IMG/VR virus record: IMGVR_UViG_3300023174_000040
Span: 186,001 to 250,000 of that record
Length of the DNA: 64,000 bases
Direction: 5' to 3' (one strand)
Part shown: one piece after another, positions 53,701 through 62,914 of the stretch
How the letters are laid out: each line of letters opens with the position of its first letter
Position numbering within the stretch: the first letter of the stretch is position 1
The notes under the pieces: model-generated
What the model saw: only the letters and a program-made list of their open reading frames with translations
Told to the model about the DNA's origin: nothing
Databases searched by the model: none
Made by a program: the position numbers and the translations under genes

Positions 53701-56263
53701 TATGGGAAGATTTATTGGAGAAACATTGATCTTTACATTCAAAATATTATTTATAGAAATACCAAAAATGCTATTAAATATATTTGCTTTTGCATTTAAA
53801 TTATTATTTGTAGAAATACCCAAAATGATTCTTAATCTATTCATGAGTATTCCAAGAATGCTATATGATAGCTTAGTATCCCTGGCCGCAAGCGATTGGG
53901 CTGGACCAATATTCCAACCTTTCTTGGATATACTGAGTCCAATAGGAGAGGCACTTGGATCATTATATGATGCTTTTGGAGCGTTATTCGATGCGATAGG
54001 AACTTTACTAGACCCTATATTTTATTTATTCGAATCTATTTTTGGAGTAAGTGAGGCCGGCGAATCTGGTTTCAGTGCCATGAATCTATTAAAAGGAGTT
54101 GTGTATGGCTTATCAACAGTAATAGGATCTCTTATAAGAGTGGCTCTTTTCCCTTTACAAATAGTAATTCAAGCTTTGGTGGCTCCAATAAGGGCTGTTA
54201 CATGGGTGATCAATCAAATAACATCGGCAATAAACGCATTAGTATCTTGGGCAAAAGGATTGGTAGATGCAATATTAAGTCCATTCAACTGGCTTTTTGA
54301 TGTCTTGGTAGGTCATTCGATAATACCTGATTTAGCAACTTCAATAGTTTCTATATTTGGAAAAATGGCATTAAACGTGATAGGCGGCATGGCAAAAATG
54401 GCTTCTAGCGTAATAGGGGGTTTAACAAATCTGCCAGGTTTAGCGGTTGGAGCTGTGAGTAAGGTCGGAGGATTGGTAGGCAAAGCTATGAATCTATCAT
54501 CTGATTTATTCTCTGGATTTGTTAAAGGATTTTCAAATGCAAATGGGGCTCAAGAAGGATTCTTCTCATCGATCTCAAAAGGATTTTCAAGTATGATGGG
54601 AACAAGTGGTGCAGCTAAAATAGGAGATTTCTTTAAAGGAATAGGATCAAAAATAAAAGAAACATTTAATCCTTTAGCAAAAGGATATTCAAGATCAAGA
54701 GAACAAGGAGGAGGAATACTATCGTCTATTGGAAAGGGCTTAACAAGTCAAGTAAAATCAACATCCGCCGGTAGAGGAGCATTAAATGTTGCAAACAAGG
54801 GAAAAACCGCAGCATTAAGTACGACTGGTAATTTACTTGGCGGCATTAAAGGAAAAGCAGGCAAATTACTCGGTGGAGTAGGATCTATATTTGGATCTAT
54901 ATTAGATGGAGGGGGAGATGATGCATGTGCGTGCAGTGCAGAGGCAGCACAATCTCTTGAAATTCCTTTATCGAAAGGAATGAAAAATCTAAAGAATCAA
55001 AATGCAAAAAGTTTAGGTAATGCAGCTGAAAAAATAGCCGGTAAGTCGAGCAAAGGATTCTTGGGAGGATTAAAAAGCAAGGTTGATTCAGGCATTAAGT
55101 CTGGAAAGGGTTTAGTGGGAGGATTATTTGGTAAGGCTGGCGGAGCCACCAGTAAGGCTGGTGGTATGTTGAGCAAAGGAACCGGATTGATGAGCGGACT
55201 ATTTGGTAAAGCAAGTGGAGTTGCTGCTAAAGCCGGTTCATTATTCAGTAAAGGCGGTGGCTTAATGGGAAGCATGTTTGGCAAGGCTGGTGGCTTCATA
55301 GCAAAGGCGGGATTGGCCGGTGCAGGTAAAAGCTTGTTAAAGAAGTTGCCAGGCATAGGTGCTTTAGCCGGCGCTGGTTTTGCTTTGTCGGCATTGGTTC
55401 AAGGAAACGTTGGAGGAGCAGTAAAAGAATTGGCAAGTGGACTAGCTGGTGCAATTCCGTTCATAGGACCAGTTCTGTCGGCCGGTATTGACTTCTTTGG
55501 AGATGGACTAATAAGTGGTGCAGGAAAACTAGCGAGCAGTGCATGGGAAGGTGCAAAGTCAATAGCAAGTAGTGCGTGGGAAGGTGCAAAAAATCTTGGA
55601 TCAACATTATGGGAAGGTGCAAAAAATCTAGGGTCTAAACTGTGGGATGGGGCAAAAACTGTTGGTGAGGGCGCCATGTGGTTAGGTCAAAAATATATTG
55701 ATGGCTGGAAGATGATAGGCAAAGGTGCATTATCAGTAGGTAAGTTTGCTCTGGATGCAGCAACACTACCAGCCAGAACACTTGCATCTGCTGCCGGATG
55801 GGCAGGAGGGAAAATTGCCGGGTTCTTCGGAGGCGCAAATAAAGCAGCAGAAACAGGAGCTGCTACGGCCAATAAGATGAGTATGCCAAGTCCGATATAT
55901 CCATTAAACAATACTACAAGCGGATCAGTTCCGGCGTCAACCGCACGGGTTACCGATATTGGTGAGTCTTTACAAAGAGATGCTGTGACTTCGGGAGCGG
56001 CAACAGCAGAAACTTCCGAACTTAGCACAATTGCAGAATCCGGTCAGACTCAAGTTGAAAAATTAGAAAATATGATAACTCTATTACAGCAGATGGTGGG
56101 ATTCATGAAACCATCACAAGGATCGGGAGAGGGTGGGCAATCAGCAGCCAGCACTGCGACCAATTATGTTTCCTCTAGTCCTCCAAAATATTATAAATGG
56201 AAAACAGGTAAACACGGACAAGGCGCATCTAAGGGAATAACAAGCATAGGAACAGTAGGCTAA
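50732..56263 (+). CDS. Tail tape measure protein
   Basis: 1843 aa, Ala/Gly/Ser-rich helical sequence with a hydrophobic middle and 11-aa repeats (SSAWEGAKSIA, STLWEGAKNLG; GLFGKAGG); directly upstream of the baseplate genes. Confidence 0.9.
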   Translation: MIDNLGRNIDSGLNAQDLRGLISSLAKQDTGPAKPFGKKNDNDPTTKLLKDMETLSKEFRSSIQETKKLAVAVGDFLKSSTKASSGGNNKFGPMLPRDMGRKNPGNKKMEASMTKLAEHGLKKGSIFTHDFKLGEIMKSLAKSLRKGFGAMTGGTGSGTGGGGGGSGGGGGRGGGYGGYGREDPDQLAALNSLRRKKQSIGDISRSLAVSQETMLGYTAFSKITDGIVKKEREFSQSVRAVAYETEGVTKNSRSLQKTYEDIGRVSKITGFERDKTQASYISNLKKGFKDQKAALNVSKTQLNTEKMIGVEAGVLGDTFSGMALSTGMTENQLAQFGRSIKETARNTGVTGDNLANAVKQSDQFIKNLRNGARLTTSAASNMVEMMASAEKFGVSEQMGSIAGVATKGLSGLMEASSQQKALLYQAAGAMGATSELMSGTLLSTKEGMKKLAGGMESILGNFGVTSLDQIANMSDEQKSTLDAQLRSGYGMGLGEFQKSIEATREASKGLDEKLSDITTKQKQNLTLGEKNLLLDQQRSLTTGGSLDIMSQLDEVAKSAGDMDAAFDKFGSKLPGMDKDLKALGITATDSKGVAKQSIETALKGINEGLKKAKKKELNITSSQIENALKDPKSYRELVKTMGDANAELGVKEKSQVDALTDVNQSLNELNDTLRVTSLGVIGGLLNQPGLAKTLTGVFGAAGGIADIMGKATDYQINKLEAIIYGTASAGGAGGGAAASAIVAALPGIAAGAAILVGVAGAIMGSMAAGEQAAEIFGISQEKLTTAEYYAAKGAGAVTGALNYLTFGIFDSLLGSTGTLTIALAKFNKMIPILSAVMAIIDAIAGAIWGLITSVGDVLAGIGEMVYFAIAPIGSVFIAIGDAVGSILGPLFNFNSKMEETGSFFTIFANIFGGIGKAIRTVLRVVGMFIGGIVSLFTMVLAPVIRIIGQAIGLVTSVIGMLLNSLYNRALGILQFFEGVFTLNLGKIFEGMGRFIGETLIFTFKILFIEIPKMLLNIFAFAFKLLFVEIPKMILNLFMSIPRMLYDSLVSLAASDWAGPIFQPFLDILSPIGEALGSLYDAFGALFDAIGTLLDPIFYLFESIFGVSEAGESGFSAMNLLKGVVYGLSTVIGSLIRVALFPLQIVIQALVAPIRAVTWVINQITSAINALVSWAKGLVDAILSPFNWLFDVLVGHSIIPDLATSIVSIFGKMALNVIGGMAKMASSVIGGLTNLPGLAVGAVSKVGGLVGKAMNLSSDLFSGFVKGFSNANGAQEGFFSSISKGFSSMMGTSGAAKIGDFFKGIGSKIKETFNPLAKGYSRSREQGGGILSSIGKGLTSQVKSTSAGRGALNVANKGKTAALSTTGNLLGGIKGKAGKLLGGVGSIFGSILDGGGDDACACSAEAAQSLEIPLSKGMKNLKNQNAKSLGNAAEKIAGKSSKGFLGGLKSKVDSGIKSGKGLVGGLFGKAGGATSKAGGMLSKGTGLMSGLFGKASGVAAKAGSLFSKGGGLMGSMFGKAGGFIAKAGLAGAGKSLLKKLPGIGALAGAGFALSALVQGNVGGAVKELASGLAGAIPFIGPVLSAGIDFFGDGLISGAGKLASSAWEGAKSIASSAWEGAKNLGSTLWEGAKNLGSKLWDGAKTVGEGAMWLGQKYIDGWKMIGKGALSVGKFALDAATLPARTLASAAGWAGGKIAGFFGGANKAAETGAATANKMSMPSPIYPLNNTTSGSVPASTARVTDIGESLQRDAVTSGAATAETSELSTIAESGQTQVEKLENMITLLQQMVGFMKPSQGSGEGGQSAASTATNYVSSSPPKYYKWKTGKHGQGASKGITSIGTVG

Positions 56264-56266
56264 AAA

Positions 56267-56800
56267 ATGAATGCAACAACAGGAAAAATACTTGAGAATA
56301 TACCTGACTGCTATATCAAGGTAGAAGGTCGCACAATATACATGAATGTGCTACCAGACATATCAGATAGTAAGTCTGCTGCCTATAACGATGAGCCAGT
56401 GATTGGTCGAAGTTTTCCAATGAAAACCTATAGTCACTCAGAAAACAGGTCTATAAATTGGACCGCTTATTTTGTAGTAACACAAGATAGCGACATACAA
56501 AAAAATTTAACAGCACTAAGAACAATCGAAAGTGCAGTCTACCCAAGAGTAGGTAATTTTGAACCATATGCACCTCCACCAGTATGTGCTTTAAGATGTG
56601 GACATTTATTAAAACCCGGAGGTGAAATAGTTGATACTTGCGCAGTTCTGCGAACATATAGCGTAAAATATCCAACAGATGTTGCCTGGGATAGTGAAAC
56701 AAAACTTCCTTATAAATTTAGTGTGGATATGACATGGGAAGTGGTTTATGAAAGCAGTAACTTACCAGGTCATAATAGAATATTTAAGGTAGGTGGTTAA
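56267..56800 (+). CDS. Tail-tube initiator / baseplate protein (gp48/gp54- or P2 gpU-like)
   Basis: Y.DEPVIGRS.P...Y..S..RSI.W...PP.C.LR.G...V...YSV; follows the tape measure gene. Confidence 0.65.
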   Translation: MNATTGKILENIPDCYIKVEGRTIYMNVLPDISDSKSAAYNDEPVIGRSFPMKTYSHSENRSINWTAYFVVTQDSDIQKNLTALRTIESAVYPRVGNFEPYAPPPVCALRCGHLLKPGGEIVDTCAVLRTYSVKYPTDVAWDSETKLPYKFSVDMTWEVVYESSNLPGHNRIFKVGG

Positions 56801-56802
56801 AA

Positions 56803-57129
56803 ATGTCAAACTATTATGAAGAAACAAATATACAACCTTCTAAATTTGTAGGATTCTCAAGCAGATATGCGGAGAGTGGAGTTGTGTATTATACTGAAAA
56901 TAAACTTCTAACATTTAAAACATATAAAAAAAAGAATCATATTCCAAGCAAAAGTGATAAGTATGCAGTTATAACAAAAGGATATGAGTACAGGCCCGAC
57001 TTGATGTCAAATCAAGCTTATGGAACTCCTGATTTTTGGTGGAAAATATTAGAAGCCAATGGAATGAAAGATATTTTTGAATTTAAGAGTGGCGAAAATA
57101 TAATCATACCAAACAACATATTATTTTAA
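56803..57129 (+). CDS. Baseplate wedge protein, gp53/LysM (P2 gpX)-like
   Basis: YRPDLMSNQAYGTPDFWWKILEAN...G..IIIP. Confidence 0.85.
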   Translation: MSNYYEETNIQPSKFVGFSSRYAESGVVYYTENKLLTFKTYKKKNHIPSKSDKYAVITKGYEYRPDLMSNQAYGTPDFWWKILEANGMKDIFEFKSGENIIIPNNILF

Positions 57130-57140
57130 AGGCCGGTAAA

Positions 57141-58793
57141 ATGGTAAATATAGATTTTCTTAAAGGAATTAGAGACTACGGATGCAATGCAACAGTAGAT
57201 ACTGTAAAGAAACCCATAGGAGGTCACTCCTTTGCACCATTTGTTGAGTTGAGATTATTTAGTAAACAATTTGGTGTAGACATATTAACGGTAGGGAACA
57301 ATTCTTATCCAAAAAACGGAAATACTGCTATAATAAAGTCTATGGAATTTGGAACATCAGAGGGCATGGGTTGTGTAATTGAGATATTTGATGAAATGGG
57401 AGGAAGTTTCGAAAGAGCATTCACGGCACTTAACAAATCTCTTTATGACTCAACAGAAGATGGAACAATGAATTTTGTACTAGACTTTGGTTGGATAGTT
57501 GAAAAAGAAGGTTCTGAGTGTGGTGCTAAGTCGATTGGATTTGATAGAGTGTCGGTGTCTTCACTTCACGGTGGAGATGGAGGCTTTATAAGATTGATCC
57601 CTATAAGTGCAAAAATAGCATATGAGCAAGGTAAGATAAAATATACAATAGAGGCAACAGATGCACAAACAAGAATAGCAGAAGCGAGAGTTGAGTGCGT
57701 AATAGGAAGCGACCAAAAAAAAGTAGATTTAAAACAAGCTATAAGAGATTTGTTCGAGAAAAAAGAACCGGGACCACAACTTAAAGTAAAATTCTTAGAC
57801 GCAGAGGGAAAATCAGAATTTAAATTTAAAGTTTCAGATGGAAATGGAGGCAAAGATGGAACCGACAATGGCAATGGACCCAAAGGCGTGTGGACCACCA
57901 ATCAACAAAACAAATTAGCTGCTGTTAGAAGGTGGATAGCCCCTTTAACAACAACTAATAATAAAGGACTAATAATGCACTGGGATGGTAAAAATGAAGG
58001 AAAAACTCCGGAGATAGCAGGAACCATAATAATACAAGAAGATCCCGGTCCAGATCTATGCGATAAAAAAATAAGATGTGAAGACAGAAATATTGGAACA
58101 TATATTGTAAACGGAGGAGATCTTAGTCCTGTGCTGAGTTTCAATCCTAGTGTTAATTGGCAATTCGCCTTCTCTGCCAAATCGGGTGGTTCGCAATCAG
58201 CAGTTAGTGGAAATTATGCCAAAATGGAAGGAAATAAAAATTGTCCGGGAGGCGACAAGCGAGCCAAGGGCGGAACAAGCACGAATTCATCGCCAGGAGG
58301 ATCACAAATGCATTACAGAGATCCTGGCAGTCAGGCAAAGGAAACAGCAATCTCCGATGCAGCGCATCAAGCAGCAAATAGTCACATGGAAGGACTTAAT
58401 AGTATTGAGGCAGAATTAAGAATACTTGGAGATCCGAGTTATTGCTTTCCCGTGGGAATGAAAGGGAAATCTTTGGCCCTTGTTGTAATTAATCCTTTTC
58501 ATATAAGAAAGCATGGCTCTTCTTTTTCCACCTTGTCTGGACAGGCTAATAGAGCAACAGATATAGATTGGTTATCTGAACCATTATGCAATCCTATATT
58601 TAGCAACAAAAATTGGCAAATAAATGGAATAAGTCATCAAATAAGAGAAGGACAATTTTCTACTACATTAAAGTTATTCCTAGCAGTACCAGGATCAGAT
58701 TTACAACCCAATGCTAAATTAGGAGGAGGGGATGACGGACCAGCCTTCAGCATACGTGCCGAGACCGACCCTAATAGATGTGATAAAAAATAA
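57141..58793 (+). CDS. Baseplate hub protein (gp27/P2 gpD-like)
   Basis: Synteny, plus C-terminal AELRILGDP...W.I.GISHQI..G.FSTTLKL. Confidence 0.7.
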   Translation: MVNIDFLKGIRDYGCNATVDTVKKPIGGHSFAPFVELRLFSKQFGVDILTVGNNSYPKNGNTAIIKSMEFGTSEGMGCVIEIFDEMGGSFERAFTALNKSLYDSTEDGTMNFVLDFGWIVEKEGSECGAKSIGFDRVSVSSLHGGDGGFIRLIPISAKIAYEQGKIKYTIEATDAQTRIAEARVECVIGSDQKKVDLKQAIRDLFEKKEPGPQLKVKFLDAEGKSEFKFKVSDGNGGKDGTDNGNGPKGVWTTNQQNKLAAVRRWIAPLTTTNNKGLIMHWDGKNEGKTPEIAGTIIIQEDPGPDLCDKKIRCEDRNIGTYIVNGGDLSPVLSFNPSVNWQFAFSAKSGGSQSAVSGNYAKMEGNKNCPGGDKRAKGGTSTNSSPGGSQMHYRDPGSQAKETAISDAAHQAANSHMEGLNSIEAELRILGDPSYCFPVGMKGKSLALVVINPFHIRKHGSSFSTLSGQANRATDIDWLSEPLCNPIFSNKNWQINGISHQIREGQFSTTLKLFLAVPGSDLQPNAKLGGGDDGPAFSIRAETDPNRCDKK

Positions 58794-58807
58794 AGGATAA
58801 CAAACTA

Positions 58808-60919
58808 ATGTTCGCTAATGAAAAAGAATTAAAAGCACTTGATCTCAGGCTTTCAATGATAGAAGAACGATTTGGTGCAATGAGATATGAAACCAAGTCT
58901 GTTGTACAAAGTGAATTGAATGACGGACTTAAGATACATATGCAGGATGAGACTTTATTTGGTGTTTACATAGCTCTTTGCGTAGAGACGATAGATATAT
59001 GGAAGATGAATAGAATAAGGTTCTTTTGTCCATTATTACACAACCCAAAAACACCGATAGATGAACTGCCCTGGGCGATGCCTATATCTAGCATGGGAGG
59101 ATTCGATGATTGCGGTTTAAATTGGGTGCCTCCAGCAGGATCTGCTGTGGTGGTTTCGTTTGAAGGAGGAAACAGAGAATCACCATATTATCACGGAACA
59201 GTATGGAATAGAGATAGAGGACAAGGAAGAGACTCTTGGTCAAATAATATTAAAGAATATCAAGACATACATAAAGGTCACAGAGCAGGATACTTGGTCG
59301 GGAAAAACGATGAATCACAAGTTCTTCCTCCATGGAACACTGAGAGTTACAATGGATTTGATTTAAATTCAGTGGTTGATTTTTCAAGCAATGCAGAAGC
59401 ACAAAAAAGAATAACTTATCCAAATATTTATGGATTCAAAACACCAGAAAAACATATGGTAAAAATGGTTGATGGTGATCCAAAATGCAACAGAAGATGG
59501 AAGAGACTTGAAATAATGTCAAGTTGCGGAAATTGGATGATGTTTAAAGACGACCATATACATTATGCCGGTCAGTGGTCACACCCAAGTTGCGGAGCAA
59601 AACCAGGAGACGTAAGTTGTGTAAGAGGACAAGATGAAGGAAGCCCCAACGACGATGTTGCAAGATTAAGTAGCAAAACAAAGGCAACAGAAAATACAAA
59701 CACAAAGGCTCTTTCATACGACCCAAAAGAAAAAACAAGTTGTTCCGGGGGCAAAAGTAATAGCAAGGTAATTGGCGGGCACCCAAGCACAGGACACCCA
59801 GAATCAAAATATTCAGATAGCCAAGTGGGTGATAATCCATACTTTAAACACGAAAACGAATGCAGACCATACAAAGGTCCGGGCACTCCTCAAAATAATA
59901 GATGTGATTTACCTCAGACGGGCATACAATTTACAAGTATAAGTGGACATACTTTTGTGATGGATGATAGCGTAGAAGAACCAGGCGGAACATTAGGGTG
60001 GGAAAGATCTTTAAAGCCATTTGATTTTGGATGTAATGATAATTTTGCAGGAAGATCGTATTGGAAATCGGCCACAGGCCATTTAATAGAAATGAGTGAT
60101 GTCGAAAAGACTGGGTTGGAAAAATCAAAATTAAGAGCTGAAAATAATTACATAAGAATAAAAAGTGCTACGGGAAATAAAATAGAATTAAATGATCATA
60201 CAGTAGGAAGTGCCAACTGCCCTGGATGTCCTCCTAACATCGCCGGTAGTCAGAGAGGAATTCATCTACAAAGTACATCTAATCACACAATAGATATGTG
60301 TGATGATACAAACGAACAATGTTCTCCATGTAGAAAAGAAGGAGGAAAACCTGAAGCCAAGGCTAAAAAAGCGTATGTTAAAATTAGAAGTGGTTATGGA
60401 CTAGAAATAATGATGAGTGATTCCAATATACAGGAACCAGAAACTCAACAACAATACATACAAATAAAAGCTCCTCAATATACGAATGATTGCGGACCTC
60501 ATTTCTTAAGAATGCAAGAAAGCAAATCTCCTGAGAGGTCATTAATATTCTTGAGGGCAGGAGGAAGATACATAATATCAACCTGCAAAGATAAAATAGA
60601 TATAGTGGGAGACAAGGAAAAGAACCCATCAGATTATATCGAAATAGTCAGTAGATTAAAACTGGTCTCAACAGAGGATTATTACATAAATGTTACTAAA
60701 AAATCTCATTTATTCTTAGCTGATGAAAATATATACCTGTTAGCGGGTAAAGACTGTGTTGCAGAGGATGGATCTCCTGCACCTTGTGTCGGTCCGGCAT
60801 TGGTTTATGTAAACGGATGCGTAAGACTTAGCGATAGAGTTTTTGCAAGCGCCAGTAAGTCGGCACCGGCGGCGAGCATATTCATGCTAGAGCCATTGGT
60901 GAACTGCCCAACTAGCTAG
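58808..60919 (+). CDS. Baseplate spike protein, gp5/VgrG-like with N-terminal OB fold
   Basis: CVETID..KMNRIRFFCP...PWAMP...VPPAGS.VVVSFEGGNRESPYYHG, then repeated SGH/TGH/TGN.IE..D beta-helix-type repeats. Confidence 0.85.
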   Translation: MFANEKELKALDLRLSMIEERFGAMRYETKSVVQSELNDGLKIHMQDETLFGVYIALCVETIDIWKMNRIRFFCPLLHNPKTPIDELPWAMPISSMGGFDDCGLNWVPPAGSAVVVSFEGGNRESPYYHGTVWNRDRGQGRDSWSNNIKEYQDIHKGHRAGYLVGKNDESQVLPPWNTESYNGFDLNSVVDFSSNAEAQKRITYPNIYGFKTPEKHMVKMVDGDPKCNRRWKRLEIMSSCGNWMMFKDDHIHYAGQWSHPSCGAKPGDVSCVRGQDEGSPNDDVARLSSKTKATENTNTKALSYDPKEKTSCSGGKSNSKVIGGHPSTGHPESKYSDSQVGDNPYFKHENECRPYKGPGTPQNNRCDLPQTGIQFTSISGHTFVMDDSVEEPGGTLGWERSLKPFDFGCNDNFAGRSYWKSATGHLIEMSDVEKTGLEKSKLRAENNYIRIKSATGNKIELNDHTVGSANCPGCPPNIAGSQRGIHLQSTSNHTIDMCDDTNEQCSPCRKEGGKPEAKAKKAYVKIRSGYGLEIMMSDSNIQEPETQQQYIQIKAPQYTNDCGPHFLRMQESKSPERSLIFLRAGGRYIISTCKDKIDIVGDKEKNPSDYIEIVSRLKLVSTEDYYINVTKKSHLFLADENIYLLAGKDCVAEDGSPAPCVGPALVYVNGCVRLSDRVFASASKSAPAASIFMLEPLVNCPTS

Positions 60920-60930
60920 AAATTATAAAT

Positions 60931-61347
60931 ATGAATAAATTTTTAGGATCACCATATCCAATTACCAAGGGTCCTCATGGATTTTTTAGAACTCAAAGCG
61001 GAGTAAATCAGATAAAATCTGACTTATTAGTTTTATTGCTAACCAATCCAGGAGAACGTGTATTCCTACCAGATTTTGGCACACCTCTTAAAAGACTAAT
61101 ATTTGAACAAAATGATACTGCTCTAGAGACATTGGCCAGGAATATGATAATATCTTCTATAGAGAATTGGGAGCCCAGAATAGTAGTGAATCAAATAGAA
61201 GTTTCGAGCCAAGCATCTAGAAGCGACCTAAATTCTTACGATACTTACGAGGATATAGAAAATATATTAAGCATAAAAATTATATTCGTAGATCCGGATC
61301 AAATATCTGAAGTTCAAGAATTAAGGTTGCAAATTCCTTTAACCTAA
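60931..61347 (+). CDS. Baseplate wedge protein gp25-like
   Basis: IKSDLLVLLLTNPGERVFLPDFGT.L..LIFE...I..WEPRI.V. Confidence 0.92.
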   Translation: MNKFLGSPYPITKGPHGFFRTQSGVNQIKSDLLVLLLTNPGERVFLPDFGTPLKRLIFEQNDTALETLARNMIISSIENWEPRIVVNQIEVSSQASRSDLNSYDTYEDIENILSIKIIFVDPDQISEVQELRLQIPLT

Positions 61348-61361
61348 GACTATATTATAAT

Positions 61362-62912
61362 ATGAATAATTGCCCATTTGATATAACCCCATATGCTCAA
61401 TCACAGAACATAAGTAAACCCAATATATTTAATTTAAATTATACTAATCAGGATTTCTGGTCCATGAAGACCAGACTTGTGGAATATATAAGGCAAAAGT
61501 TCCCCACAGAATTTAATGATTTTGTAGAATCTTCTGTGGCAATTATGCTAATAGAGAACTGGGCGTTTCTTGCAGATACTCTTAGTTTTAAAATGGATCA
61601 AATTGCCAACGAAATCTTTATAGACACAGTCACAGAAGTAGAGAATGCATTTAGACTATGCAAATTAATAGGGTTTAATCCTCAACCGCCAATTTGTTCC
61701 CGATCACTTTGGACAGCCAAAATAAATAATGTTTTAAATTTTGATTTAAATATACCATCTCCATTTGATATAACAACAACATCGGGCGACCAACTAATAA
61801 GAATAGAATTATTCCCCGCAGATGCTAATAATAATCCAATATTTGATCAAAGCATAGTGGTTCCAGCAGGCGGCTTTGTTAATGCAAGCGTAGTTGGCCT
61901 TGAAGGAACAACAAGATTAGACACAGTGGATGGAACCGGATCGCCAAATCAAACAGTAAGCTTGGTATACCCATCAGTAATATATGATAGCATAAGAGTT
62001 TATGTGGACGGAGTTTCCTGGAATAAGGTGGACTATTTTACAGATAGCCAACCTAGAAGAGAATACAGAGTAGAGTTTGACTCCAATTACTCAGCTTTCG
62101 TTATATTTGGCAACAACAGAGCAGGTTTGGTGCCCTCTGGCGGCTCTGTGATTGAGGTAGTTTACAGAACAGGTGGCGGAACCATCGGAAATATAGTTGC
62201 AGGATCTGTTGAGACTCAAACTATTATTAATCCAACCGGTTATGAGCTTAGCGTTCCGGTTACATTTAATAATTACACAAAAGGAGAATACGGATATAAC
62301 GGAGATACAATAGAAGATATAAGAAGAAAACTCCCTCAATACTTAAGAACACAAAACAGAGCCGTAACTGGCACCGATTACAAGACAATTGCTGAACAAT
62401 TCGCTAGTCCATATCAAGGCCAGATTGGAAAGGCTACGGCGGTCTTAAGAAATTATGGGTGCTCTGCAAACATAGTAGATTTATATATACTGGCTAGGCA
62501 GGATGAGAGTAATTTGGAGCTAGCTAGCGACCAACTAAAATCTGAACTCAGGGGTCACATAGATCAAATAAAGATGATAACAGATTATGTATGCGTAAGA
62601 GATGGAACTGTATTGAACGCCGCTGTTAGTATAGATATCTTTATGGACAGATTGTATAGAAAATTTGAAGACGAGGTAAGAGAAAAAGTAAACAGAAGAA
62701 TGAATAGCTTTTTCCTTATTTCAAATTGGGATTATGGTAAAATATTAAGAGATATAGATATAATAAAACAACTATCTGATATCAAAGACCCAAGTAGATA
62801 CGAAGTATCTTTCACCACAGACGATGGGAATAGCAGTATAATTACACCAAAATTCAATGAAATTATACGCCCAGAATCAATACAAATCAATTTTACATAT
62901 GAGAACAATTAG
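61362..62912 (+). CDS. Baseplate wedge protein gp6 / baseplate-J-like
   Basis: DFWSMK..LV.YI...FP.EFNDF.ESS...MLIE..A...D.LSF; GG..GN; E.IRRK.P....QNRAVT..DY. Confidence 0.92.
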   Translation: MNNCPFDITPYAQSQNISKPNIFNLNYTNQDFWSMKTRLVEYIRQKFPTEFNDFVESSVAIMLIENWAFLADTLSFKMDQIANEIFIDTVTEVENAFRLCKLIGFNPQPPICSRSLWTAKINNVLNFDLNIPSPFDITTTSGDQLIRIELFPADANNNPIFDQSIVVPAGGFVNASVVGLEGTTRLDTVDGTGSPNQTVSLVYPSVIYDSIRVYVDGVSWNKVDYFTDSQPRREYRVEFDSNYSAFVIFGNNRAGLVPSGGSVIEVVYRTGGGTIGNIVAGSVETQTIINPTGYELSVPVTFNNYTKGEYGYNGDTIEDIRRKLPQYLRTQNRAVTGTDYKTIAEQFASPYQGQIGKATAVLRNYGCSANIVDLYILARQDESNLELASDQLKSELRGHIDQIKMITDYVCVRDGTVLNAAVSIDIFMDRLYRKFEDEVREKVNRRMNSFFLISNWDYGKILRDIDIIKQLSDIKDPSRYEVSFTTDDGNSSIITPKFNEIIRPESIQINFTYENN

Positions 62913-62914
62913 TT

